NCBI GenBank assembly: GCA_964533905.1
Contig: CAZHOO010000012.1
Span: forward strand, 1,983-65,982
Direction: 5' to 3'
DNA length: 64,000 nucleotides
Origin: an uncultured Terracidiphilus sp.
GTDB lineage: Bacteria; Acidobacteriota; Terriglobia; Terriglobales; Acidobacteriaceae
The notes beneath the pieces were generated by a model, which was not told the DNA's origin, ran no database searches, and was given only the letters and a program-made list of their open reading frames with translations. The translations under genes were made by a program, and so were the position numbers. Shown here one piece after another: positions 10,020 to 18,055 of the stretch; positions within the stretch are counted from its first letter, which is position 1; each line of letters begins with the position of its first letter.

Positions 10020-11237
10020 TTGGCCAGCCAGCGCGATTTCACAGCTCTCTTCATTGCCATTGCATGCGCGCTCGGCGTCGTCTTTACCACCCTCTTTCTC
10101 GCGACCCTCCCCTTCAACCCCGCCACCATCGCCCGCCGCGACTTCATCGTCTACTGGGCCACCGGCCACCAACTCGTCCAGCACGGCAATCCCTACGACC
10201 CCGCTGCCATCAATCGCATCGAGCGCGACGCTGGCTTCCGCGGGCCCGGCGCTTTTTATATGCGCAACACTCCCTGGGCACTCCCGCTCGCCTGGCCGCT
10301 CGGCTACTTTTCGCCCACAGCCTCCGCGCTTCCCTGGTCGCTCGTGATGATCGCCCTCCTCGTCGCCTCCGTCCGCATTCTCCTGCGCCTCTTCGGTCCC
10401 GCTGCCGGCACTCATCTCGCCTGGCTCGGCTACTGTTTTCCTCCCGCGCTCTTCTGCATCATCCTCGGCCAGACCTCCATCCTCGTTCTCCTTGGACTCG
10501 TCCTCTTTCTCCGCCATCACAAATCGCGCCCCTTCGCCGCAGGTGCCGCACTCTGGCTTTGCACTCTCAAGCCGCATTTGCTTCTGCCCTTCGCGTTTGT
10601 TCTTCTGCTTTGGATCATCGTCTCCCGCGCCTGGCGCATCCTCCTCGGCAGCGTGACTGCGTTCGCGCTTGGCGCGCTGCTCACCTCGCTCATCGACCCA
10701 TCCGCCTGGAGCCAGTACGCGTACTACATGCGCACCTCTGTCATCACGCGCGAATTCACTCCGTGTCTCGGCGACCTTTTGCGCGACCGCATCAACCCCT
10801 CCGCCGAGTGGATAGCCTTCATCCCAGCCGTCCTCGGCTGCATCTGGGCTCTCGCTTACTTCTGGCCGCGCCGTCACATATGGGACTGGCTCGAGCACGG
10901 AAGCCCCCTCATCCTCGTCTCGCTTCTCGTCGCCCCGTTCGGCTGGATCTTCGATCAGTCCGTCGCCCTTCCTGCAATTCTTTACGCCGTCTCACGCAAA
11001 CCTTCGGCCGCACTGCTCTCGCTCCTCGCGCTCATCTATGTCCTGATCGAGATCCAGATCATCTCGCCCTTCGGCCTGCACTCGCCCGTCTACATGTGGG
11101 TCGCGCCCGCATGGCTCATCTGGTATCTCTTTGCGCGCGCCTCCTCAAATCACGCGGGTGACCCCGGTCCCTCGTCCGCCGTGGCGGAGGGACCGGAAAT
11201 CGCGCCCTCCGCCGTCCCGCCCTCCGCAGCCTTATGA
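10020..11237 (+). CDS. GT87/DUF2029-like GT-C glycosyltransferase (paralog of 8578-9759)
   Basis: RDFIVYWATG..NPYD, MRNTPW, LGQTS, LKPHL, WIFDQ; colinear similarity to the upstream gene. Confidence 0.8.
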   Translation: MASQRDFTALFIAIACALGVVFTTLFLATLPFNPATIARRDFIVYWATGHQLVQHGNPYDPAAINRIERDAGFRGPGAFYMRNTPWALPLAWPLGYFSPTASALPWSLVMIALLVASVRILLRLFGPAAGTHLAWLGYCFPPALFCIILGQTSILVLLGLVLFLRHHKSRPFAAGAALWLCTLKPHLLLPFAFVLLLWIIVSRAWRILLGSVTAFALGALLTSLIDPSAWSQYAYYMRTSVITREFTPCLGDLLRDRINPSAEWIAFIPAVLGCIWALAYFWPRRHIWDWLEHGSPLILVSLLVAPFGWIFDQSVALPAILYAVSRKPSAALLSLLALIYVLIEIQIISPFGLHSPVYMWVAPAWLIWYLFARASSNHAGDPGPSSAVAEGPEIAPSAVPPSAAL

Positions 11238-11259
11238 CCCCTCCACCCCGGAGATCCGC

Positions 11260-12210
11260 ATGCGCCTCGTGAACATCCTCTTGAGTCCGCCGATCCTGGG
11301 AGTCGTCGCGCTCTTCCTCTCGGTCGTCTGGATGCTCCGCGACACGAAAGACAAAACCCGCCCCCTGCTTGTCTTTGCTCTGGTCCTGAATCTCTTCTAC
11401 GGTTTTCTTCTCACCACAGTCATGGGATCTGAAGGCGGTCTCTTTCCCTGGAAGTTCGATCCCATTCTCCTCTGTGTCGATCGGTCGCTGGGCCTGCAGG
11501 CCGCCGTCATCGCGCGCCCCCTGCAGGGTGTTATGCGCGTCCCTCTCTGGATCGTCTACCAGTTGATGGTCCCCATGATGATCGTCTGGTTCCTCGTCAC
11601 CAGCTACGCAAAATTGCGTGCATCCGTCATCCTCGCCTACGTCGCCGAATTGGTCACCGGCCCGCTTCTTTATGCGCTCTTTCCCGCCTGCGGTCCCATC
11701 TACGCCTTCGGCAAGCAGTGGCTCCATCCGCCCGCCGTTCTGTTCGTCTCCCATCCAGACCCGATCCGTCTCGCCGGAATGCCCAACGCCTTTCCATCTC
11801 TCCACGTAGGCACCGCTTTTCTGTTGCTCCTCTTCGCCCCCGGCAAACTCTGGAAAGTAGTCGCCTTCGCCTTTTTCGCTCTCACCTGCCTCGCTACGCT
11901 CTCTACCGGCGAGCACTATGTCATCGATCTAATCCCCGGCCTCGCATTCGGCGCCTTCGCCGCCGCTGTAGGTTCGAGAGACATCAAGCAGGCCACTCTC
12001 TTCCTCTCCACCGCTCTCGCCTGGTCTCTGGTCATGCGCTTCGCTTCGGGCGTCCTGATCGACCACCCATTCGTCACGCGTTCCTTCGCGGCCATCACCA
12101 TCGCCCTCGCCATCTTCGCCCTCTTTGAGCAATGGAGAGCTCAGTCCTCGCCAACGCACGGCTCCTCGCCGGCAGTCGACCCGACCCTCGCCCCAAACCT
12201 GTCGTCTTAA
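11260..12210 (+). CDS. PAP2 superfamily membrane phosphatase/phosphotransferase (PAP2_3, Aur1/IPC synthase-like)
   Basis: LFPACGP, NAFPSLH, EHYVID catalytic motifs; GGAG RBS. Confidence 0.8.
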   Translation: MRLVNILLSPPILGVVALFLSVVWMLRDTKDKTRPLLVFALVLNLFYGFLLTTVMGSEGGLFPWKFDPILLCVDRSLGLQAAVIARPLQGVMRVPLWIVYQLMVPMMIVWFLVTSYAKLRASVILAYVAELVTGPLLYALFPACGPIYAFGKQWLHPPAVLFVSHPDPIRLAGMPNAFPSLHVGTAFLLLLFAPGKLWKVVAFAFFALTCLATLSTGEHYVIDLIPGLAFGAFAAAVGSRDIKQATLFLSTALAWSLVMRFASGVLIDHPFVTRSFAAITIALAIFALFEQWRAQSSPTHGSSPAVDPTLAPNLSS

Positions 12211-12335
12211 GCTCGGTTGATCCTTCTTGCGGTGCGCCTCATTTGACGTCACTTGAATCCACATTCACAACACGCCTGCGGCTGCATTGCCTCTTCGTTT
12301 CACCGCGCATCCAAGCCTGTTGGAGGGATACTTCG

Positions 12336-12506
12336 ATGGGAAAACTTAGCCAAACCGATCAGCATGATCCATTCGTCCACACGGGCCAGCCCAATCCCGA
12401 ACAACCAAACGTGGAAGAGAAGAACCAGCCGGGCCAGCACATCCCGGTCAAGAAGGCTGTTCATGACAAGGAAGAGACGGAGCAACGAAAGACTGGCACG
12501 CGGTGA
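12336..12506 (+). CDS. Small hydrophilic protein (56 aa)
   Basis: GGAGGG RBS 8 nt before ATG; Q/E/K/P-rich. Confidence 0.55.
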   Translation: MGKLSQTDQHDPFVHTGQPNPEQPNVEEKNQPGQHIPVKKAVHDKEETEQRKTGTR

Positions 12507-12660
12507 CGGAACCGGTACCAGATTCAATGAGCGAGACTCTCAACTTGGCGGCGGCGCAACACGCGCCGTCCCTCTGTTCATCTGGCGAAACGGTGGGGCC
12601 AACATCGAGGTGGAACCCGAGATCAATCAATCCAACAGCGCAACTGTTATTCCTTGTAGA

Positions 12661-14022
12661 ATGCAACAGTCGCCGCCGGAGCCTCCCGTCATCGAAAACA
12701 ACGTCTCCACCGTCGGACACCAAACGGGAATAGAGTCGATCCCCGGCAAGTCCCCCCTACCGCCGTCGAGTTCCCTCTCCGGGCAAGATTCCATTTCAAA
12801 TTCCATCCTTTCTCATTCAGCGCACCCGCCAATCGGGGCCGCCGAAGATCAGGTGACCGGCGCTGGGATTCGGTCTTACGAGCTCACCGAACCGAAGCTC
12901 GCTGATCTCGCTTCTGCCCGGTTGGCCGCCATTGTCGAGGGCTCTGATGATGCCATCATCGCGAAAGATCTGCATGGAATCATTCAGTCCTGGAATCTTG
13001 GCGCGGAGCGGATCTTCGGCTACACTGCGGAGCAAGTCATTGGCAAGTCCATCACCCTGCTCATTCCTCCCGATCGTTTGGGTGAAGAAGCAATGATTCT
13101 CGACAGCATTCGCCGCGGCGATCACGTCGACCATTACGAATCGGTTCGTCGCCACAAAGACGGACGTTTATTGAATGTTTCGCTCACCATCTCGCCCATT
13201 GCCAACTCCCAGGGGCAGATTGTCGGCGCGTCTAAAATTGCACGGGATATTACGGGACGCAAGCTCGCCGACGCCGCTCTCGTAAAGTCGGAAAAGCTCG
13301 TGGCGGCGGGCCGTTTGGCCGCAACCATGGCCCACGAAATCAATAACCCGCTCCAGGCGATTACCAATCTTATGTCCATTCTGGCCGATTCTCCGAAATT
13401 GGGGCCCGACGAACGGGCGCTCGCAAAAATGGCGGAAGATGAACTGGGCAGGATTACGCATCTCACGCGCCAGTCGCTTAGCTTCTACCGGGAGAGCAAC
13501 TCCTCGGGGCCGGTGAACCTCGAGGACACCGTCGAGGGAGTCCTCAACATATTTGCCAATCAGATGAAAACGTCCCAAATCGCATGCAAGACGCGATACC
13601 CATCCGATGTGCCGGAGATCGACAGCTTTGCCGGCGAAATCCGCCAGGTGATTACCGCGATCCTTCTGAATGCAATTGATGCCGTTCCCCGCAAGGGAAC
13701 CATCGCGGTCCGCATCCGCAACTCATCCCGCGGTTCCCAACCGTCCACCGCTGGTTTCCGGGTTTCGATCGCGGACAATGGGGTCGGAATCCCACCCGCC
13801 ATCATGAGCCGGATCTTTGAGCCGTTCTTTACAACCAAGGGAGAGCAGGGTACCGGTCTTGGCCTCTGGGTTGCCAACGGGATCGTAAGCCGGCTGGGAG
13901 GCTCGATCCGGGTCCGGAGCACCATTCGTCTCGGTAGAACCGGCACCTGCTTTTCCATCTTCTTTCCTCTTCAAATGCCCGGCCCGGCGCGACGTCCTGA
14001 GCCAGAACTCGCAGCCGCCTGA
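12661..14022 (+). CDS. Cytoplasmic PAS sensor histidine kinase (start uncertain)
   Basis: PAS (SWNLGAERIFGY), H-box AHEINNPL, N-box LLNAIDA, DNGVG, FFTTK, GTGLGL. Confidence 0.9.
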   Translation: MQQSPPEPPVIENNVSTVGHQTGIESIPGKSPLPPSSSLSGQDSISNSILSHSAHPPIGAAEDQVTGAGIRSYELTEPKLADLASARLAAIVEGSDDAIIAKDLHGIIQSWNLGAERIFGYTAEQVIGKSITLLIPPDRLGEEAMILDSIRRGDHVDHYESVRRHKDGRLLNVSLTISPIANSQGQIVGASKIARDITGRKLADAALVKSEKLVAAGRLAATMAHEINNPLQAITNLMSILADSPKLGPDERALAKMAEDELGRITHLTRQSLSFYRESNSSGPVNLEDTVEGVLNIFANQMKTSQIACKTRYPSDVPEIDSFAGEIRQVITAILLNAIDAVPRKGTIAVRIRNSSRGSQPSTAGFRVSIADNGVGIPPAIMSRIFEPFFTTKGEQGTGLGLWVANGIVSRLGGSIRVRSTIRLGRTGTCFSIFFPLQMPGPARRPEPELAAA

Positions 14023-14297
14023 GAGTGAACGCACCCGGGCTTTGCTGAATAAATCCCCAAATTCGTTGAATTCTTGGTCAAGATCAGGAGTTTTTGGGCA
14101 ACTCCACGATCGAGCGATCGAGGCTCGGGGCCTCGAGCCTCAGAGAAACCCAGTACACAAGAATCCTGCTATGGAGGGTGCAAGAGAAAAGCAGCGTCGC
14201 CGGCGGCGTGCTGGAGTGTTTAATGAAGTGTTATTGACGAGTGGCCGGTCACTTGGCCGCAATCGGCAGGGGACCGAAGGATCATCGTCGCAAACCA

Positions 14298-14999
14298 TCA
14301 CCGATTGTGTTCCACAGTCTGAACCGTTGAAACCACCTTGGCTGTAGGCACGAGCCACTCGAAGAGAAGCGTTGCGGCGATTGCGCCACCAATTTGCATC
14401 CCGATGAAACCTCCGACGTCTGTCGGGCGAATACCGGAAAATGAGTTGGTCATAGACCGGGCGAGAGTCACAGCAGGATTGGCGAACGATGTGGAAGCGG
14501 TGAACCAATAGGCTGCGGTGATGTAGGAACCAACGGCATAGGGAACGGCGGATGGGCGATGCCGAGCGCAGCCCCAGATCACCGCCAGCAATCCAAAAGT
14601 GGCAACAAACTCGCTAAATAGTTGGGATGGCCCGCTGCGGATGTGTGTCGAAACCTCCAGCGATGGTAGACCAAACATTAAATGAGCCGCGATTACGCCG
14701 CCCACGGCCCCCGCAACTTGCGCCAGAATATAGATCGGAACTTCACGCCAGGCGAAACCGCCTCGCACCGCATCGGCCAGGGTCACAACAGGGTTCAAGT
14801 GCGCCCCTGATATAGCTCCGAAAGCAAGGATGAGCGCAATCAGTACCGCGCCGGTCGCAATGGTGTTCGCGAGGAGAGCGAGGGCCACATTTCCGGCAGC
14901 CAGCCTCTCGCCCATGATCCCTGAGCCGACAACGGCGGCAAGGAGAAAAAGGGTTCCGGTAAACTCGGCAACAATGCGCCGCTGAAGTGATGGCTTCAT
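14298..14999 (-). CDS. MIP family aquaglyceroporin, arsenite channel (AqpS-like)
   Basis: HLNPVVT and FANPAVT NPA-type motifs; last gene of the ars operon. Confidence 0.85.
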   Translation of the reverse strand: MKPSLQRRIVAEFTGTLFLLAAVVGSGIMGERLAAGNVALALLANTIATGAVLIALILAFGAISGAHLNPVVTLADAVRGGFAWREVPIYILAQVAGAVGGVIAAHLMFGLPSLEVSTHIRSGPSQLFSEFVATFGLLAVIWGCARHRPSAVPYAVGSYITAAYWFTASTSFANPAVTLARSMTNSFSGIRPTDVGGFIGMQIGGAIAATLLFEWLVPTAKVVSTVQTVEHNR

Positions 15000-15487
15000 T
15001 GGTGGCCGATGTTGTCGATTTCTTTTTGGATCGCGAAGCTCCCAAGCGTGGACAGCGGCAACGATAGAAAAAGCCCAATGCGTCGGTCCAGTATCGAGAA
15101 CGCATCGCGATATGCGCGTTCGATCTCTTCGGGCGTGCCTTCCAACGCCGCTGGATCAGGAACTCCCCAATGAGCGGTCATCGGCTGTCCAGGCCAAAAT
15201 GGGCAAACTTCCTTGGCAGCGTTATCACAAACAGTGAAGACGAAGTTCATCTTTGGCGCAGTCGGACCCGCGAACTCATCCCAGGATTTGCTCCGTAGCC
15301 CGGTCGTGGCGATACCAGCGAGTTCGAGTTGTCTCAGCGCCTCGGGCCGCACCTTTCCAGACGGATGGCTCCCCGCACTGTATGCAGTGAAGGAACCCTT
15401 TGACCTATGGTTCAGCAGCGCCTCAGCCAAAATGGAGCGGGCCGAGTTGCCGGTGCATAGAAACAGCACATTGTAGTGATCTTGCAT
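14996..15487 (-). CDS. arsC: Arsenate reductase, LMW-PTP/thioredoxin type
   Basis: LFLCTGNSARS P-loop, TVCD, CP, HWGVPDP. Confidence 0.92.
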   Translation of the reverse strand: MQDHYNVLFLCTGNSARSILAEALLNHRSKGSFTAYSAGSHPSGKVRPEALRQLELAGIATTGLRSKSWDEFAGPTAPKMNFVFTVCDNAAKEVCPFWPGQPMTAHWGVPDPAALEGTPEEIERAYRDAFSILDRRIGLFLSLPLSTLGSFAIQKEIDNIGHQ

Positions 15488-15491
15488 CGGC

Positions 15492-16364
15492 TTACTCCGC
15501 CTCTCCGCTTGCGGCAGGAGTGCAGCAACCCGGTTCGCAGCAGACGGTTTTGGGTTTGTTAGCCCGGACAAAGGCGCCGAAGAACTTGTCATTCACCTGG
15601 GGAGCGATCGCATCCACGTCAACACCGGCCTCGGTGAGGAACTGGCGCGCATCCTCGACGTTGTAGACACGCGTCGGCTCGATTGTCGCGTCCTCGAATC
15701 CGGCACCTTTCAGCTTCCTTAGATACTCGCTTTCTTCGAGCGCGCCAGCGATACAGCCTACCCAGAGGAGCATGCTTTTGCGCACGACTTCGGGCACGCT
15801 TCCGCGCACGACCACATCGGACACAGCGAATCGTCCGCCGGGCCTCAGCACTCGGAAGGCTTCACGGAGAACACGATCTTTGTCCGCCGAAAGGTTGATG
15901 ACGCAATTTGAAATAACCACGTCCACAGAGTTGGCCGGGAGTGGGATGTTCTCCATCTCACCTTTCAGAAACTCGACGTTGACCGCACCGGCCTGCCGCT
16001 GATTCTCGCGGGCGAGAGCAAGCATGTCATCCGTCATGTCGAGGCCGTAGGCTTTGCCGGTCGGCCCCACACGCTTCGCAGCGAGCAACACGTCGATACC
16101 GCCTCCGGAACCGAGGTCTAGGACTGTGTTGCCTTCTTTGAGTTCTATGAGAGCGGTTGGATTGCCGCATCCAAGGGACGCTAAAACAGCTTTCTCAGGA
16201 ATGGTTTCGGTCTGATCGGCGCTGTAGAGATTCGTTGTGATCGGATCGCAGCAACGAAGGCCGGGGTCACAACGAGCCTGCACGTTGCCGGATTGTGCCA
16301 CGGAGCGGGCGGCGCTCCCGTACTTTTCCTTCACCTGTTCCTTAACGCTGGTCGTCGATTCCAT
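15492..16364 (-). CDS. arsM: Arsenite S-adenosylmethionine methyltransferase
   Basis: SLGCGNP, LDLGSGGG, SNCVINL, GCIAGAL, Cys-rich tail. Confidence 0.93.
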   Translation of the reverse strand: MESTTSVKEQVKEKYGSAARSVAQSGNVQARCDPGLRCCDPITTNLYSADQTETIPEKAVLASLGCGNPTALIELKEGNTVLDLGSGGGIDVLLAAKRVGPTGKAYGLDMTDDMLALARENQRQAGAVNVEFLKGEMENIPLPANSVDVVISNCVINLSADKDRVLREAFRVLRPGGRFAVSDVVVRGSVPEVVRKSMLLWVGCIAGALEESEYLRKLKGAGFEDATIEPTRVYNVEDARQFLTEAGVDVDAIAPQVNDKFFGAFVRANKPKTVCCEPGCCTPAASGEAE

Positions 16365-16441
16365 CAAAAGACTCCTTTACATATGCTGAGGCGAATGTAT
16401 TCTCCTCTGGACATATCTGTCAAGGCGTATATCATGGAATT

Positions 16442-16858
16442 GTGGATCGTCCCTCAAAAGCCTCCGATCTGGCCTTTCTGTTTGCGGCGCTATCCGATCG
16501 CACGCGGCTGCGTTTACTGAACCTGATGGATGGGCGCGAAGTCTGCGTCTGCTATTTTGTTGAATTCCTGAGGCAGAGCCAACCCAAGATTTCACGCCAT
16601 CTTGCGTATCTGCGACGGGCGGGCGTAGTGGCCGCGCGCCGCGAGGGCAAATGGATGCACTACAGGATCGTTGTACCCTCACATGCCGGTGCAGCGCGGA
16701 TCCTTCGCGAGACGATTGCGGTAATCAGGCAGGAGAACGCGATGCAGGCGGACTTGGCGCGCCTCGACAAGGCCTGCTGCGCGCCGCCGAAAGTCTCCGC
16801 GCTTGAGAGTGCGCCACTGCCGATTCGGGTCGAACCTGTCCGCTGCTCTGCAAGCTGA
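16442..16858 (+). CDS. arsR: ArsR/SmtB As(III)-responsive repressor
   Basis: ALSDRTRLRLL, EVCVC, SQPKISRHLAYL, C-terminal CC; divergent from arsM. Confidence 0.92.
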   Translation: MDRPSKASDLAFLFAALSDRTRLRLLNLMDGREVCVCYFVEFLRQSQPKISRHLAYLRRAGVVAARREGKWMHYRIVVPSHAGAARILRETIAVIRQENAMQADLARLDKACCAPPKVSALESAPLPIRVEPVRCSAS

Positions 16859-17146
16859 ACCGAGGACAACAGCCGACTCACTCGTTGAGCTGTCGTTAGG
16901 TCAATTTGAGAGTTCCGGTCGGACGGTCGGCTATCCGTCAGTGACTCCTCGTCAAACATCGCCGTTCCGCCCTCTCGCCGGTGCCTCAAATTAGCCCAAG
17001 ACGGTTTTGCAATGGCGCTACCTCCAAGGGGATCCCTTTCTGAAGCAAAGCGGCGCTCCCGTGGGGGCTCGCGCGATTTATTAGCTTCACGATGTCAAGA
17101 GCCCGATAACCCCCAAATCGCCCCAAGCCACTGAAAAGAAGCGCAA

Positions 17147-17173
17147 TAAATACTTAACCAAGTTTGCCGATAA
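17147..17173 (+). promoter_or_regulatory. sigma28 (FliA)-like promoter with no evident downstream ORF
   Basis: TAAA-N15-GCCGATAA, perfect consensus match. Confidence 0.45.
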
Positions 17174-17548
17174 TTTGACCCCTTCGGCGCATACTCAGAT
17201 CAGAACGAAACTCCCGGGCCAAACAGCCCGGCTCATTGTTTACTCTCATATCGATTGATTCACTGCTTCACTTGTTAACTTTGTCGCCGGCTTGGACGGC
17301 CTCCGGATCTTCAAAACTCATGAAATAAAAAAAATCTCCGCTTTTCACCAAATATTCGCCAAATAACTCCTTTAGAATCAGTAAGCCGACCCTCGAGACC
17401 GTCGAAAAAACAGGTGCAATTACGGGTCAGGCGTACAAACAACTCGTTTAGAATCAGCGTCTTAATAATGCCGTTTTGGCCGGCGTGCGTTCGCTGCTAT
17501 CTGCCTGATTCTATTCATCTTGTTTTATTTCTGGCCCGCGCCCGGCGC

Positions 17549-17965
17549 TTACCCAATCTCCAGCGTGTCTCCGCGCTCGCTCTGCGACCGCTCGATCGTT
17601 CCCGCAGGCAGCTCCAGAATGCTGTGTGCCGAGAGGCACGCCGACAAGCGCCATGGCCCCACGGCGCTCCGTGCCTTCTTGATCCTCTTGTCCCGGTCCA
17701 GGTAGACAAGGTCGATGGGGAATCGCATGAAGAACGTATGCACCGATTCGCACGGCGCAATCCACAATCCTTCACCGGCCGCAAGGCCGTCCCGGCCCAG
17801 CAACCCTTTCCTTCGTTTTGCTCCCGTGTGTGCGGCCTCAAGCCGCGTCGCCAGCACCGTTCCGCGCGTCAGGTTTCTTACCAGCAGTGGCCCTTGCGGC
17901 CCTGCCTGCGCGGGCGGCGAAACAAACTCCACCACGCCCTTGGCGAACCTCTCAAACGGATTCAT
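17549..17965 (-). CDS. DUF192 family protein
   Basis: RRKGLLGR, GLWIAPCESVHTFFMRFPIDLVYLD, ILELPAG, GDTL. Confidence 0.88.
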   Translation of the reverse strand: MNPFERFAKGVVEFVSPPAQAGPQGPLLVRNLTRGTVLATRLEAAHTGAKRRKGLLGRDGLAAGEGLWIAPCESVHTFFMRFPIDLVYLDRDKRIKKARSAVGPWRLSACLSAHSILELPAGTIERSQSERGDTLEIG

Positions 17966-18055
17966 CCGCTTGCCTCTGGGTTTCGGATGGTTCGACAGAG
18001 AGCGGTTGACGCTCTTCTGTTTCGAACCATCCTAAGGAGTGCGCGTTGCGCGCTA

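Noticed and set aside
8624-11161. 845-aa Pro/Ser/Arg-rich ORF overlapping both GT87 genes
   Set aside because: Off-frame shadow caused by strongly C-ending codons in the real genes; no motifs
12253-12660. N-terminal extension of the PAS kinase ORF
   Set aside because: Overlaps a small ORF with a much better RBS and has no domain features; the true start is likely downstream
14022-17500. ars cluster as a mobile element
   Set aside because: No transposase, integrase, terminal inverted repeats or target duplications recognised; insertion remains only an inference
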